From Escherichia coli (lineage in GTDB: Bacteria > Pseudomonadota > Gammaproteobacteria > Enterobacterales > Enterobacteriaceae), in the NCBI RefSeq assembly GCF_003991155.1, contig NZ_CP031293.1: a stretch of DNA of 64,000 bases; one strand, written 5' to 3'. Both the position numbers and the translations under genes were made by a program. The notes under the pieces were generated by a model. It did no database searches and was not told the DNA's origin. It saw only the letters and a list, made by a program, of their open reading frames with translations. Shown here in pieces: positions 1 to 10,575 of the stretch (position 1 is the stretch's first letter; the number at the start of each line of letters is the position of its first letter).

Positions 1-150
1 CCGGCGTCGATGAACTCACGCTGTTTGCTGTATGGCGTAAATTCATATAGCAGGTGTGTGTTCCGGTAGTTCTCTTCTTCTTCGAGTAGCTCGAGCAATT
101 CGATTTGCTCTTCGTCGCTCAGGTTATCAAGAATCGCGTCCAGTTCCACG
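1..150 (-). CDS. Terminase large subunit, N-terminal fragment (gene runs off window start)
   Basis: Minus-strand frame from GTG at 150 reads [50 protein letters not shown], overlapping the 3' end of the small-subunit gene. Confidence 0.45.
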
Positions 151-621
151 GTTGAATAGCTCCTTGATACGAGAGCGTCGCTTATCGCGATCTCCCTTAT
201 CAGGTGTCACGTCTTCAACTTGCGACTGCTCTTTGAGGCCCAAATCACGGGCGATGATGTTAGCGTTGAGAAGGTCAGCGGCTGCGCCAGAGAATTTCTG
301 GTCGTAGATGACCTGCTCTGCTCGCGTAACGACTTCAGATAAATCTTCTCGCAGGCGATATGTGCGCCATGTTTCAAGCGTCACATCAATGAACAGAGTG
401 AGTCCGGTAATAGTCATCGCTCGCATCTTGGCGATAGGCTCTTGTATCACTTCACCCTGATACGAGAACGCCTTCATCTCCCATAGCGGGTTAGCTTCTA
501 CCCACTCGAAGTATTCACAACAAGCAGCCCACAGCGCCTCAGGCGATTCGAATTTCGGGTTTCGCCCATGACTACTGCGGGCCTCCCAAAATCGGTTGCC
601 CTTTGGTGCCGCCATATTCAT
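127..621 (-). CDS. Putative terminase small subunit
   Basis: 164 aa ORF directly upstream of the large-terminase start, downstream of the lysis cassette; recalled similarity to lambdoid small terminase. Confidence 0.5.
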   Translation of the reverse strand: MNMAAPKGNRFWEARSSHGRNPKFESPEALWAACCEYFEWVEANPLWEMKAFSYQGEVIQEPIAKMRAMTITGLTLFIDVTLETWRTYRLREDLSEVVTRAEQVIYDQKFSGAAADLLNANIIARDLGLKEQSQVEDVTPDKGDRDKRRSRIKELFNRGTGRDS

Positions 622-819
622 CTCACTTATTTGTTATTTCAGGCTGATGACTCTTTCGCGCTTTCAATCAGTGACTGCTTCAGCAGTTCGAGTGTGCCAA
701 TCGCCTCGCATAAACTGATTTCACCATCGTAATCATGGATGACGCTTTCAAGCCGCTCGTATAGCTCTTGAGTAATTGGGAATTTCTTCTCCTTGCCCAA
801 ATTGATTACGCGGCTCACA

Positions 820-1062
820 TCATGCTCCGGTAGTGAACAGGTCTAACGCTTCCTTCGATTTACGCACCGCTTCGATAGTGCGGGTCGTGATATCTGAATT
901 AGCGCCACCTGACTGGAAGTGAATTTTGAATAGCTCAAGCTTCAGTTCGTCAGTGCCAATGAACTGAAATGCTTCCTCTGCGGCTGCGTTCTGGTTCATG
1001 ACCAGTTTGTAAATCTCTAACTGGAATTTCTGTTCTTCAGTCATGGGAATAATCTCTGCCAT
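820..1062 (-). CDS. Hypothetical phage protein (80 aa)
   Basis: ORF with upstream GGAG RBS, same strand as late operon. Confidence 0.45.
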   Translation of the reverse strand: MAEIIPMTEEQKFQLEIYKLVMNQNAAAEEAFQFIGTDELKLELFKIHFQSGGANSDITTRTIEAVRKSKEALDLFTTGA

Positions 1063-1365
1063 TGTTGGCTCCGTTTATCCGTTAAAAGGGATATCAGTTA
1101 AGTTATCCCGTGTAGGGTATAAGCCATTGTCGAGACCACTCATTGAATGGCCTCTGCAATAACCGATGTCTTTCCATCAGTCCGCCACCACAAAGAATCT
1201 TTTTTGCCATAAGGCTGGAGGTTCATCTTTCAGTGGCTGCCAGTGTTATTTCCCCACTTACTGGCTTGGGTTGTTTCGCTGTACTGCCGTTAATTGGTGA
1301 CCAGAAATTAACTCCGGTTTCATTATCAAGCCCACCCGTAGATGGGCTTTGTAATGACTACATGG

Positions 1366-1968
1366 TTAAATGATTTGCCAGTCTTCAGCCATCAGGTCGC
1401 CAATGGATGGAACCCATGTAGCAAGGCGGTTCTGTGAGTTTTTCAATACAAGCGTGTCATTGAAAGTTGGCTCGCCAACATATTCGCCAAAGCCATAACC
1501 CAACGCAGACGCTAATTTTTCCCCTTTCACGAGATAAACAAACTGGTCTTTCCCATTCCATCCTGCCCGCTGCAAACTTTTGCCCTGTTTTAACGCTTCC
1601 ATGGCAAGGCCGAAACTTAGCCCTGATACCGGACGATAAGCCTTCTCGAATACTTCTTTTGGACTCCAGCTAACGTAGCCATCAAAGCGATCGGTGTTAG
1701 GTTTTCCGCCATCCAGATATTCAACCAGATAGCCTTCGTCCTCGCCGTTTTCTCCGGCAGGAAGCTGCCAGCCACGAAAATCGTTATATGCCTGTCTCGT
1801 CATCGGAAAGGCGTTAATCAGTTTTACGCCAATATGCTGGGTCATAAAATTACCTATGCAGTTGGGAATAAAAAGCCCCGCAAATGCGAGGCTAAATCCT
1901 GGTATTTGTAATGAACTGGCTCTTATCTCAACGCAGCCCCTTGCCGCGCGCCATATGCTTAACTTCAA
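1366..1968 (-). CDS. Hypothetical phage protein (start uncertain, internal Met candidates)
   Basis: 200 aa ORF in late operon between lysis cassette and terminase; N-terminal 55 aa hydrophobic and possibly not translated. Confidence 0.4.
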   Translation of the reverse strand: MKLSIWRAARGCVEIRASSLQIPGFSLAFAGLFIPNCIGNFMTQHIGVKLINAFPMTRQAYNDFRGWQLPAGENGEDEGYLVEYLDGGKPNTDRFDGYVSWSPKEVFEKAYRPVSGLSFGLAMEALKQGKSLQRAGWNGKDQFVYLVKGEKLASALGYGFGEYVGEPTFNDTLVLKNSQNRLATWVPSIGDLMAEDWQII

Positions 1969-2067
1969 GCATCAGCAATGAGATGTTTAATCTGGATTCA
2001 CTCCAGAAGTGATCACCACCCTGCCTACAGAGCCAGATGTGAAGGATGATGAGTAGAATTATCGCTA

Positions 2068-2535
2068 TCATCGAAGGCATTGCGTCCTGATGTATTCCTG
2101 AAGCGTTCTCAGTGCTGTTTGGTCGCGGATAATTCCGTCCCGGATACCGAGAACGTTTCGTCCAGCAACTGGAGAGAGTTCGACGGTGGCATCATTGCCC
2201 ATGCCGGAGGCGCTGGAGGTTTCGGCTGAGGATGGCACAGGGCATTTTCCTTTGACGAGCACCCTGCCACCATTATCAAGCTTGCGCCGAAGAGCATCAT
2301 TTTCAGCTTTCGCATCAGCTAACTCCTTCGTGTATTTAGCATCAAGTGCATCAGCAGTACGCTGGCGCTGCTGCATGTCAGTAATGGTGGCAGTCGCCTG
2401 CTTCAGCTCACTGACTTTTTTATCACGCTGTTCTTTGTAGGCGATGGCGTTATCACGGTAATGATTAACAGCCCATGACAGGCAAACGATGATGCAGATA
2501 ACCAGAGCGGAGATAATCGCGGTTACTTTGCTCAT
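2068..2535 (-). CDS. Rz: Rz i-spanin
   Basis: [30 protein letters not shown]..., N-terminal TM anchor, lambda Rz-like, immediately after endolysin. Confidence 0.85.
   Translation of the reverse strand: MSKVTAIISALVICIIVCLSWAVNHYRDNAIAYKEQRDKKVSELKQATATITDMQQRQRTADALDAKYTKELADAKAENDALRRKLDNGGRVLVKGKCPVPSSAETSSASGMGNDATVELSPVAGRNVLGIRDGIIRDQTALRTLQEYIRTQCLR
2109..2315 (-). CDS. Rz1: Rz1 o-spanin lipoprotein, embedded in Rz in +1 frame
   Basis: [22 protein letters not shown]... lipobox plus proline-rich PPAPPAW segment, lambda Rz1-like, wholly inside Rz. Confidence 0.7.
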   Translation of the reverse strand: MRKLKMMLFGASLIMVAGCSSKENALCHPQPKPPAPPAWAMMPPSNSLQLLDETFSVSGTELSATKQH

Positions 2536-3008
2536 ACCTCAATCTCTCTGACCGTTCCGCCTGCTTCTTTGAATTTTGCAATCAGGCTGTCAGCCTTATG
2601 CTCGAACTGACCATAGCCAGCGCCCGGCAGTGAAGCCCAGATATTGCTGCAACGGTCAATTGCCTGACGAATATCACCGCGATCAATCATCGGTAAAGCG
2701 CCACGTTCTTTAATCTGTTGCAATGCCACAGCGTCCTGGCTTTTCGGAGAGAAGTCTTTCAGGCCAAGCTGCTTACGATAGGCATCCCACCAACGGGAAA
2801 GAAGCTGGTAACGTCCGGCTGCTGTTGATTTGAGTTTTGGGTTTAGCGTGACAAGTTTGCGAGGGTGATCGGAGTAATCAGTAAATAGCTCTCCGCCAAC
2901 AATGACGTCATAACCATGATTCCTGGTTTTCTGTCGTCCGTTATCAGTTCCCTCTGACCACGCCAGCATATCGAGGAACGCCTTACGTTGATTATTGATT
3001 TCCACCAT
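2532..3008 (-). CDS. R: Endolysin R (lambda-type lytic transglycosylase)
   Basis: 158 aa, [24 protein letters not shown]..., same length and N-terminus as lambda R. Confidence 0.9.
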   Translation of the reverse strand: MVEINNQRKAFLDMLAWSEGTDNGRQKTRNHGYDVIVGGELFTDYSDHPRKLVTLNPKLKSTAAGRYQLLSRWWDAYRKQLGLKDFSPKSQDAVALQQIKERGALPMIDRGDIRQAIDRCSNIWASLPGAGYGQFEHKADSLIAKFKEAGGTVREIEV

Positions 3009-3315
3009 CTTCTACTCCGGCTTTTTTAGCAGCGAAGCGTTTGATAAGCGAACCAATCGAGTCAGTACCGATGTAGCCGATGAACACGCTCGTTATATAA
3101 GCGAGATTGCTACTTAGTCCGGCGAAGTCGAGAAGGTCACGAATGAACCAGGCGATAATGGCGCACATCGTTGCGTCGATTACTGTTTTTGTAAACGCAC
3201 CGCCATTATATCTGCCGCGAAGGTACGCCATTGCAAACGCAAGGATTGCCCCGATGCCTTGTTCCTTTGCCGCGAGAATGGCAGCTAACAGGTCATGTTT
3301 TTCTGGCATCTTCAT
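2992..3315 (-). CDS. S: Holin S
   Basis: 107 aa, [39 protein letters not shown]..., lambda S-like with dual-start motif. Confidence 0.9.
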   Translation of the reverse strand: MKMPEKHDLLAAILAAKEQGIGAILAFAMAYLRGRYNGGAFTKTVIDATMCAIIAWFIRDLLDFAGLSSNLAYITSVFIGYIGTDSIGSLIKRFAAKKAGVEDGGNQ

Positions 3316-3615
3316 GTCTTACCCCCAATAAGGGGATTTGCTCTATTTAATTAGGAATAAGGTCGATTTCTGATAGAACAAATCCAGGCTACTGTGTTTA
3401 GTAATCAGATTTGTTCGTGACCGATATGCACGGGCAAAACGGCAGGAGGTTGTTAGCGCAGCCTCTTGCCACCCGCTTTCACGAAGCCAGCCATTGCGCT
3501 GGTTTTCTTTTATGCAAAGCACACCGCACCGTAGCCACAGCGGATAAGGTGATTATTTTGGTCTGTCTGGTATTTGGTTTGATGCGCTTTCAGAAAGGTC
3601 GTGCTTAAAACGCAA

Positions 3616-3650
3616 AAAGCCCCGAGCTATTAACTCAGGGCTTTATTTAA
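3616..3650 (-). terminator. tR'-like intrinsic terminator about 55 nt downstream of PR'
   Basis: Minus-strand RNA AAGCCCUGAG-UUAAUAG-CUCGGGGCUU followed by UUUUUG. Confidence 0.5.
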
Positions 3651-3677
3651 CGAGTGCATTTATCCATCGTTGAGTCA

Positions 3678-3706
3678 AATTTACCCAACTTTATTCAAAA
3701 AGTCAA
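3678..3706 (-). promoter_or_regulatory. Late promoter PR' (Q-utilisation region)
   Basis: Minus strand TTGACT-17 nt-TAAATT then TTGACTCAACGATGG, near-identical to the lambda PR' region as recalled. Confidence 0.6.
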
Positions 3707-3748
3707 TATTATGCCGTTAATATGTTGCCATCCGTGGCAATCATGCTG

Positions 3749-4372
3749 CTAACGTGTGACCGCATTCAAGATATTGTCTGCGATTGACTCTTCCTTGTGG
3801 CATTGCACCACCAGAGCGTCATACAGCGGCTTAACAGTGCGTGACCAGGTGGGTTGAGTAAGGTTTGGGATTAGCATCGTTACAGCGCGATATGCGGCGC
3901 TTGCTGGCATTCTTGAATAGCCGACACCTTTGCATCTTCCGCATTCTTTCTCAACAACTCTCCCCCACAACTCTGTTTTGGCAATATCAACCGCACGGCC
4001 TGTACCGTGGCAATCTCTGCATCTTGCGCCCGGCGTCGCGGCACTACGGCAATAATCCGCATAAGCGAATGTTGCGAGCACTTGCAGTACCTTTGCCTTA
4101 GTATTTCCTTCGAGCTTTGCCACACCACGGTATTTCCCCGATACCTTGTGTGCAAATTGCATCAGATAGTTGATAGCCTTTTGTTTGTCGTTCTGGCTGA
4201 GTTCGTGCTTACCGCAGAATGCAGCCATACCGAATCCGGCTTGTGATTGCGCCATCCCCATAGCAGCCATCACATCAGTACCGGAAAGGGAGTCAGAAGC
4301 CGTGGCCCGTGGTGAGTCGCTCATCATCGGGCTTTTTGGCGAATGAAATTTAGCTACGCTTTCGAGTCTCAT
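3749..4372 (-). CDS. Q: Late-gene antiterminator Q
   Basis: 207 aa with Cys-rich zinc-binding motif (CRDCHGTG...CGRCKG), positioned between nin region and PR'. Confidence 0.85.
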   Translation of the reverse strand: MRLESVAKFHSPKSPMMSDSPRATASDSLSGTDVMAAMGMAQSQAGFGMAAFCGKHELSQNDKQKAINYLMQFAHKVSGKYRGVAKLEGNTKAKVLQVLATFAYADYCRSAATPGARCRDCHGTGRAVDIAKTELWGRVVEKECGRCKGVGYSRMPASAAYRAVTMLIPNLTQPTWSRTVKPLYDALVVQCHKEESIADNILNAVTR

Positions 4373-5034
4373 GCGCCTTCTCCCTGTACCTTAATCAATG
4401 TGAGGTTTCCGCAGAACACTGCTCCGGTATCGATATACATTTGGTTGGCAAACTTGAGTGGTTTCACTGCTGGCGTATGACCAAAGATGAACGTGTCCGC
4501 TCCCTTGATTTCTTTTACGATCCCGTCTTGTGAGTTGCTGATTCGTTCGCGGTTCCAGATTACCTGCTGATGAACAACTGGCTTTCCAAACTCGTATTCG
4601 TCACAAGGATAATCGGCGTGGCAGATAACATATTTTTTACCTTTGCTCACCAGTTCAATGATTAACGAAAGTTCATCTGCTTTATGGGCAAGAGCTTTAG
4701 CCAGAATTTCTTTGTCGTAATCGAGATTAAAGAACCAGCCACCGCCATTAAACAGCCAGTGATTGACGTTTCCACGCTCTGATAAGCCATCAATCATCAT
4801 TTGCTCATGGTTTCCACGTACAGCTCTGAACCAGGGGAATGTGATTAATTCCAGGCATTCGACGTTCTCTGTACCGCGATCGACCAAATCGCCAACCGAG
4901 ATAAGCAGGTCTTTTTTGATGTCGAATCCTATCGTCTCCAGTTTTTTCATCAGGTTCGTGTAGCATCCGTGCAGATCGCCAACTACCCAAATATTCCGGT
5001 ATTTGCTGCCATCAATTCTTTCGTAATAGCGCAT
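4369..5034 (-). CDS. ninI: Ser/Thr protein phosphatase (NinI)
   Basis: [25 protein letters not shown]... GDLVDRG, GNHE metallophosphatase motifs; start taken at internal Met matching lambda PPase. Confidence 0.85.
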   Translation of the reverse strand: MRYYERIDGSKYRNIWVVGDLHGCYTNLMKKLETIGFDIKKDLLISVGDLVDRGTENVECLELITFPWFRAVRGNHEQMMIDGLSERGNVNHWLFNGGGWFFNLDYDKEILAKALAHKADELSLIIELVSKGKKYVICHADYPCDEYEFGKPVVHQQVIWNRERISNSQDGIVKEIKGADTFIFGHTPAVKPLKFANQMYIDTGAVFCGNLTLIKVQGEGA

Positions 5035-5218
5035 CTCTTTCACTCCATCCGCGATGAACCATGAGAACGTCGTTGACGATGGCGTGCATTTTCCCGTCTT
5101 TATCATCAACGTATTTTCTTACCGTGCCGCGACTACATTTCAGTCTGCGTGCCACTTCTGTCTGGTTTCCGTATGCTTCAACGAGCATGTCTGGAATGGT
5201 TTTTACTGAGAACGTCAT
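5012..5218 (-). CDS. ninH: NinH
   Basis: 68 aa [37 protein letters not shown]..., lambda NinH-like. Confidence 0.8.
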   Translation of the reverse strand: MTFSVKTIPDMLVEAYGNQTEVARRLKCSRGTVRKYVDDKDGKMHAIVNDVLMVHRGWSERDALLRKN

Positions 5219-5826
5219 GCGGCCTCACTTCTGCTATTTCGCAGGTCTTTGAGTTTCTGTTGGTACTCTGCCTTGATCGCCTTGCACTCTTCGACAGTCC
5301 AGCGATGGCGGTTATGGTTTGATTCGATTTCGTCTACTGCTTCCTGCCCGATGCGATTAATCAGTTCGACGCGATACGGAACGAGATTTCCGCTTTTGTG
5401 CTGGTTGCACACCACGCATTGCTTGTGAATATTGCGTTCATCAAATCGGAGTTGAGGTGCCGCAGCAGTTGTCCGGTAATGTCCGGCATCCCACTGAGCA
5501 GACGTGAGCGTTCCGCACGAGATACATGGTAAGTCGCGGTCTCTTTCTCTGATGAAGGCGTTTACGGCTTGTTGGGCTTGTTTAATCCAGTAACTGCGGG
5601 GCTTTAAGGCGAGTTTTCGAATCTTCAGTTTATCTTTCTGTTTCTGCTCCTCTCGTCGTCGTTTCTTCTCTGCTGCTTTTTCCGCTTTTTCGCGTTCTTT
5701 ACTTCGTCGTTCGAGTGCTATCTTGGTTCCACACTCTGGAGAGCACCACCACTGATTAGCGAATGCAGGGTGAAACCATTCCCGACATTCATCGTTTTTA
5801 CATCGTCTTCGCGCTGGTTTAGCCAT
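5215..5826 (-). CDS. ninG: NinG (Rap) recombination-associated protein
   Basis: 203 aa [22 protein letters not shown]..., Cys-rich, lambda NinG-like. Confidence 0.85.
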   Translation of the reverse strand: MAKPARRRCKNDECREWFHPAFANQWWCSPECGTKIALERRSKEREKAEKAAEKKRRREEQKQKDKLKIRKLALKPRSYWIKQAQQAVNAFIRERDRDLPCISCGTLTSAQWDAGHYRTTAAAPQLRFDERNIHKQCVVCNQHKSGNLVPYRVELINRIGQEAVDEIESNHNRHRWTVEECKAIKAEYQQKLKDLRNSRSEAA

Positions 5827-5995
5827 CGTCTTCTTCCTCGTACATTGAGCTATTCGGATCGCTCATCAGTTCTGCGCAGCAGTGCTCACACACGTGAACT
5901 TCCAGCACATGCAGCTTCTGACCGCAGTTAGCGCACGTTAAAGCTCGCTCGACGCTTTCTTTCTGGTATTGAAGAGATTGGGATGGACTAAGCAT
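5819..5995 (-). CDS. ninF: NinF
   Basis: 58 aa [50 protein letters not shown]..., start overlaps upstream stop (TAATG); below the ORF-track cutoff. Confidence 0.7.
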   Translation of the reverse strand: MLSPSQSLQYQKESVERALTCANCGQKLHVLEVHVCEHCCAELMSDPNSSMYEEEDDG

Positions 5996-6360
5996 TATTG
6001 GATTCTCTGCATCATGAGAAAGACAATCATGGCGGCGCGAAGGGGATTTTCATGTATAGCTCGCTTAGATTTACAGTAGGCCACACCGCGTGCACCCCAC
6101 TCGTCTTCATCGAGATTGATAATGCTAATCCTGTATTTTTCAATAATCGGCCATGAGTCTGCTGGGTTTGCGCATGGGTTAAAGGATCCGCGCTCAACTT
6201 CTACTTCAACTGCGTCTCCGTTTACAATGTCTCCCTCAAATGAGACAAACACCATATCGCCATTCTCACCTTCTTTGTAATCCGGTGATCCGTTATGAAT
6301 GGCTTCGAATACCGCCACGTTAATTTCAAAATCACTTAACTGTGAATAATCCATTGTCAT
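5995..6360 (-). CDS. Hypothetical protein inserted between ninE and ninF
   Basis: ORF with ATGA start/stop overlap to ninE; start taken at MTMDYSQ... Confidence 0.5.
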   Translation of the reverse strand: MTMDYSQLSDFEINVAVFEAIHNGSPDYKEGENGDMVFVSFEGDIVNGDAVEVEVERGSFNPCANPADSWPIIEKYRISIINLDEDEWGARGVAYCKSKRAIHENPLRAAMIVFLMMQRIQ

Positions 6361-6533
6361 TTCCTCGCACGATGTCTTAGCCACCGGATATCCCACAGGT
6401 GAGCCGTGTAGTTGAAGGTTTTTACGTCAGATTCTTTTGGGATTGGCTTGCGTTTATTTCTGGAGCGTTTCGTTGGAAGGTATTTGCAGTTTTCGCAGAT
6501 GATGTCGGTGATGCTTCGTCGCTGTCGTCTCAT
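6357..6533 (-). CDS. ninE: NinE
   Basis: [58 protein letters not shown], lambda NinE-like; start at internal Met. Confidence 0.7.
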   Translation of the reverse strand: MRRQRRSITDIICENCKYLPTKRSRNKRKPIPKESDVKTFNYTAHLWDIRWLRHRARK

Positions 6534-7057
6534 GCCGCCCTCCTGACGCCCTGCCCGATCGCCATCAATGCCGCTTTGGATACGGTAGTAAACATCCGTC
6601 GAGGATTGATGAACGGTCGCCAAATCAGCAGCATGGAACCTTTGCTGTTTCCCTTCTTCTCCAGCCCTGTCGATGGTTCGATAAAATTAATCCGTCCATC
6701 AGTGATGATGCGAACTTCGTCAATACTCTCCAGAGCCTTGCTGAACCATCCGACAGACATATCCTCTGGCACAAGCATCACTACCGTCTGTCGCTGTTGT
6801 ATGCACTGCTCAGCGGCTTTTTCCACCCACGGCCTGATATTGCTGTACGGTGGGTTATTCCAGATTGCACCGTGGCTTACCCACTCAGAATTGAGCGCGT
6901 CGTCGGCCTCAGTTAGCCAGTGAGCACACAGAGCATTTTTGTCGCTCGCTGCCGAATCCAGCCAGAATCCAAACTCAATATCCAGTGCATCAAAAAGCCA
7001 AAGCGGCGTTTGCCAGCAGTCCTTGTCGTGTGCTGGCGTATTTGATTTGATAGTCAT
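6530..7057 (-). CDS. Phage DNA N6-adenine methyltransferase (Dam-like)
   Basis: NPPYS catalytic motif; [25 protein letters not shown]...; ATGA overlap with ninB stop. Confidence 0.7.
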   Translation of the reverse strand: MTIKSNTPAHDKDCWQTPLWLFDALDIEFGFWLDSAASDKNALCAHWLTEADDALNSEWVSHGAIWNNPPYSNIRPWVEKAAEQCIQQRQTVVMLVPEDMSVGWFSKALESIDEVRIITDGRINFIEPSTGLEKKGNSKGSMLLIWRPFINPRRMFTTVSKAALMAIGQGVRRAA

Positions 7058-7497
7058 GCAGCCCGATCTCCCCATCTCGCTTTCCACTCCAGAGCCAGTC
7101 TCGCTTCGTCTGACCACTTAACGCCACGCTCTGTACCGAATGCCTGTATAAGCTCTAATAGCTCCGCAAATTCGCCTACACGCATCCTGCTGGTTGACTG
7201 GCCTATTACCACAAAGCCATTCCCGGCAAGGTTAGGAACAACATCCTGCTGCTTTAATGCTGCGGTAAACACACACTTCCAGCTTTCTGCATCCAGCCAA
7301 CGCCCATGCCATTCAACCTGACGAGAGACGTCACCTAAGCAGGCCCATAGCTTCCTGTTTTGGTCTAAGCTGCGGTTGCGTTCCTGAATGGTTACTACGA
7401 TTGGTTTGGTTGGGTCTGGAAGAATTTTCTGGATAGCTTGAATGGCGTTCTGCTGATGGATGGGGCTTCTTAGTTCAAACGTTAGTTTCCTCACCAT
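7054..7497 (-). CDS. ninB: NinB recombination protein
   Basis: 147 aa, near-identical to lambda NinB over most of its length as recalled. Confidence 0.85.
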   Translation of the reverse strand: MVRKLTFELRSPIHQQNAIQAIQKILPDPTKPIVVTIQERNRSLDQNRKLWACLGDVSRQVEWHGRWLDAESWKCVFTAALKQQDVVPNLAGNGFVVIGQSTSRMRVGEFAELLELIQAFGTERGVKWSDEARLALEWKARWGDRAA

Positions 7498-7641
7498 TTA
7501 CGCTCCTGTAATCGTCAAGTGCAGCTGCAATAGTCCCTATCGGGTCATGGTCTTGCCCGATAATCTCATTTACGTTTTCATCTTCTTCCACACCGAAAAA
7601 GAATCGCAGGGCTAACATGATTTCTTCGTATGCGCTCATAC

Positions 7642-7956
7642 TCACTCCTTCACTTTGACTCCAGCAGTGCGGATGGCCTCTACATCGCTTTCGTATTGTG
7701 ATTCTGCACCTGAGTCATAGCCAATGTGATAATCACCGGGAAGTGGGCCTTTCTTTGGCTTTTGCAGCTCAATTTCAATAGCTGCTCTCGATGCCTGCCA
7801 CGTTTGCCAGTGGCCTTGAACATCGTCCATCACGTATTGACCACCAATATTACCGCTGCCAATTTCATGGTGATTTTCAGGGTAACGGATAAGGTCTGAA
7901 GATTCGCCCCCACGTCGCAACCAACTTTCTTCAAACTGCTTTCTTGATTCGTCCAT
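7642..7956 (-). CDS. Hypothetical phage protein (104 aa)
   Basis: ORF in early-right operon between helicase terminator and ninB. Confidence 0.45.
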   Translation of the reverse strand: MDESRKQFEESWLRRGGESSDLIRYPENHHEIGSGNIGGQYVMDDVQGHWQTWQASRAAIEIELQKPKKGPLPGDYHIGYDSGAESQYESDVEAIRTAGVKVKE

Positions 7957-7973
7957 TGATACTTACCCTCAGT

Positions 7974-8180
7974 TCAACTCACAAAACGCCACGCCATTTT
8001 TGCTACGACAACAGGCATAACACCGATAATCACCCAGACAAATGCAGCGCCAAACAACGTATACCATGGGTCTTTACCGTCATTCACAAGACGAATGTAG
8101 CTATGCAGAACAATAAAAAACGTCAGAAGAATCCATCCAACGCCAACGCATTTGAATGCGACGAGCATAAACTCAGCCAC
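7974..8180 (-). CDS. Hypothetical small membrane protein (68 aa)
   Basis: Two predicted hydrophobic helices; ORF only. Confidence 0.35.
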   Translation of the reverse strand: MAEFMLVAFKCVGVGWILLTFFIVLHSYIRLVNDGKDPWYTLFGAAFVWVIIGVMPVVVAKMAWRFVS

Positions 8181-8193
8181 GATTTACCCTCCC

Positions 8194-8227
8194 CCAAATA
8201 AAAAGGCCTGCGATTACCAGCAGGCCT
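8194..8227 (-). terminator. Intrinsic terminator downstream of helicase gene (tR2-like)
   Basis: Perfect 8-bp stem AGGCCTGC/GCAGGCCT with 8-nt loop, followed on minus strand by TTTTTATTT. Confidence 0.55.
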
Positions 8228-8252
8228 GTTATTAGCTCAGTGATGTAGATGG

Positions 8253-9629
8253 TCATACGTCCGCCCCTTGTGCATATCGTCTGCCACGCGCAGCAGGCGC
8301 ATTTGATGCTGTGCAAATCTGTCTGGCTTCATCCTGGTCACATGCAACAAAGTGTCCGTTACAGAACCGCTGGTAAACCGTACCAAGTGAGCCAAAACGG
8401 TTTTTCGTCACGATGATTTCAGCAAATGGCGCGGCGCTACTGTTCTCGTCATATACCGCTTCCCGATAGAGCATGATGATTGAGTCTGCGTCCTGCTCAA
8501 TGCTTCCTGAATCACGCAAATCTGCGTTTGTCGGGCGTTTGTTTGGTCGCTTCTCAACATCGCGCGAAAGCTGACTCAGGGAGATAACAGGCGTTTTCAG
8601 GTCTTTCGCCATCGCCTTCAGGCTTCCGGAGATGTGAGCAATTGCGAGGTCGTTGCGGTCTGCTTTCGGCTTCTCAATCAGGCCAAGATAATCCGCCATG
8701 ATTAGAGACAGGTTTGGATTTTCCTGTTTATGCCGTTCTGCGATTGAGCGTATTTCTTCGACCGATAACCGCGAGGCATCGACTACCCATACATCCAAAT
8801 CTGCAAGCTGACTCATGCCGTTAGCAACACGCGCCCAGCCTTCGTCATCCATCGATGCAGGATTTCGCAGTACGCTAACCGACATCCTCCCGGCGTTGGC
8901 AATGCTTCGCTCTGCAATCTGCAATGCGCTCATTTCCATCGAGAAAATCAACACTCCGCGCCGGACGTCAGAACCGGGAATAACGCGGCTTGCAACGCCT
9001 TCAGCAATCTTCAGCGCCAGCTCGGTTTTCCCCATACCAGGACGAGCGGCGATAATCACCAGGTCTTCCGCGTTCATCCCTCCGGTGATGGCGTCAAGTT
9101 CTTCGATTCCGGTCTTCAGGGTATCTGACTCTTCTCCGTTCCTCAGACGCCTGTCAAGCGTGTCAGTGTAGTCAGTGATGATTTCCCCTAACCGTACAGG
9201 TTTAACCTCGTCACGGGGCTTTCTGATGGCTGAAAGACGCTTTACAAGCTCGTCCATCGCCTGACTCGATGTATCGATGGTTCCGCTCTGAATTGGTTCA
9301 CGCATTTCATCCATGATTTCCAGCACCAGACGGCGGTGATAGTTATCCGCGACCATTCCGGCATATCCTTTCAGGTTTGCGGCACTCGGGCAGTTTTTGC
9401 TGGTCATCAGGATTGACGTGAAATGCTCCTCTCCGCACGCCTCGGCAACCATCAGCGCGTCGATTAGGTTTCTGTTTCTCGCCTGCTTGCGGATAACCTC
9501 GAAGGCTTTCCGGTAGAGCGGAATTGAAAACGCTTCCGGCTCCAGTGTTGCCAGAACGTCGCTGGCGGTTGGAGTTAATCCACCAATCAGCAGACCGCCG
9601 ATAACGCTCGCTTCGATATCCTGTCTCAT
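8253..9629 (-). CDS. Replicative DNA helicase, DnaB family (phage P-gene position)
   Basis: Walker A GMGKTE, DnaB C-terminal motifs ([23 protein letters not shown]). Confidence 0.85.
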   Translation of the reverse strand: MRQDIEASVIGGLLIGGLTPTASDVLATLEPEAFSIPLYRKAFEVIRKQARNRNLIDALMVAEACGEEHFTSILMTSKNCPSAANLKGYAGMVADNYHRRLVLEIMDEMREPIQSGTIDTSSQAMDELVKRLSAIRKPRDEVKPVRLGEIITDYTDTLDRRLRNGEESDTLKTGIEELDAITGGMNAEDLVIIAARPGMGKTELALKIAEGVASRVIPGSDVRRGVLIFSMEMSALQIAERSIANAGRMSVSVLRNPASMDDEGWARVANGMSQLADLDVWVVDASRLSVEEIRSIAERHKQENPNLSLIMADYLGLIEKPKADRNDLAIAHISGSLKAMAKDLKTPVISLSQLSRDVEKRPNKRPTNADLRDSGSIEQDADSIIMLYREAVYDENSSAAPFAEIIVTKNRFGSLGTVYQRFCNGHFVACDQDEARQICTASNAPAARGRRYAQGADV

Positions 9630-10573
9630 GCAATCCCCCTGTCTGCAAACTTCCCTTCCCGTACTCCCGTTAACGAATCTTCCCTCAGCAGGTAATCAAA
9701 ATCTGCCGTCCATCCCGTGTCGTTGTCTCCGAAGTAAAACGGCTTGGCCTGATGCACAAACGCCCTGACATACGCTCTGAAACCGTCCACGTTTGGCGTT
9801 TTCAGTTGCGGGATGATTTTCTTCAGGCGGCGTTTGCGTTTCTCGTTGACCGCAACAGCGTGTGGCAGTCTGTCACCGACTTCGGTGTTGTAAGCGTTCA
9901 GGAAGGATTCGTAGTCGATTCGTTCTGCCTTGCGACGTTCAGGTTTAACCTGCCCATCGCCTCCCCCATTGGGGGGTAGGGGGGTATTATTTATATTCTT
10001 GTTAATACCTTCTTGTTCATGATGTGCGGTTGTTTGTGCGGCTTCATGTGCGCTTTCATGTGCGGCATGTACGCTGAATGCCGCGCCATTACTGGCTTCA
10101 TCATGTGCGGCATCATGTGCGGTTGTTTGTGCGGCTTCATGTGCGGGTGAACTGTCCATTTTTTGAGCATATTCATGGTAATTTGTGATGGTTATCACAC
10201 GACCTTTTTGCTTCTCCCCATCAATGGAGATCATCCCCTCTTTCACAAAAACCTGAAGCATCCGCTCAACCTGATCACGGCTTGCCGGCTTGCCATGCCT
10301 GTCGCATAACTGAAGACCTAAATCAGCTGCTGTCACAACCAGTTGACCGGGTTGCAGATGCCATTCATGACCTTTGAAATTCGCTTTGTATGGCTTTCTG
10401 GCGGCATTCAGGAGAAGGTTTTCCCACAGGGTGCGAAGATAAACATCTTTCGCCCATGACTGTTTCAGAATGCTCCGGTACAACGGAATGTAACCAGTTT
10501 TCTGGTTCTCCATCCTGTTGCTCCTGCGCTCGTGTGCGGCGCTGAAATCGTAGATTTTTGCTGTATTGCTCAT
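9626..10573 (-). CDS. Replication initiator (O-like replisome organiser)
   Basis: Position between cII-side genes and helicase; contains internal nucleotide iterons; start overlaps helicase-side gene boundary. Confidence 0.65.
   Translation of the reverse strand: MSNTAKIYDFSAAHERRSNRMENQKTGYIPLYRSILKQSWAKDVYLRTLWENLLLNAARKPYKANFKGHEWHLQPGQLVVTAADLGLQLCDRHGKPASRDQVERMLQVFVKEGMISIDGEKQKGRVITITNYHEYAQKMDSSPAHEAAQTTAHDAAHDEASNGAAFSVHAAHESAHEAAQTTAHHEQEGINKNINNTPLPPNGGGDGQVKPERRKAERIDYESFLNAYNTEVGDRLPHAVAVNEKRKRRLKKIIPQLKTPNVDGFRAYVRAFVHQAKPFYFGDNDTGWTADFDYLLREDSLTGVREGKFADRGIA
10022..10145. repeat. Iteron cluster (putative phage origin) inside the O-like gene
   Basis: 31-bp perfect direct repeat ATGTGCGGTTGTTTGTGCGGCTTCATGTGCG at 10022-10052 and 10115-10145 plus several TCATGTGCGG units; adjacent AT-rich tract at 9985-10010. 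Confidence 0.5.
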
Positions 10574-10575
10574 AA

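Noticed and set aside
3411-3608. 65-aa plus-strand ORF between Q and S, checked as possible toxin or moron
   Set aside because: Opposite to late transcription, no RBS, overlaps the PR'/tR' region; no stx-like sequence found.
7486-7641. 52-aa minus-strand ORF upstream of ninB as possible ren-like gene
   Set aside because: Short, no recognisable similarity and overlaps the ninB start; left unannotated.
9343-9648. 101-aa minus-strand ORF
   Set aside because: Alternate frame inside the DnaB-like helicase gene; Arg/Gly-rich with no RBS.
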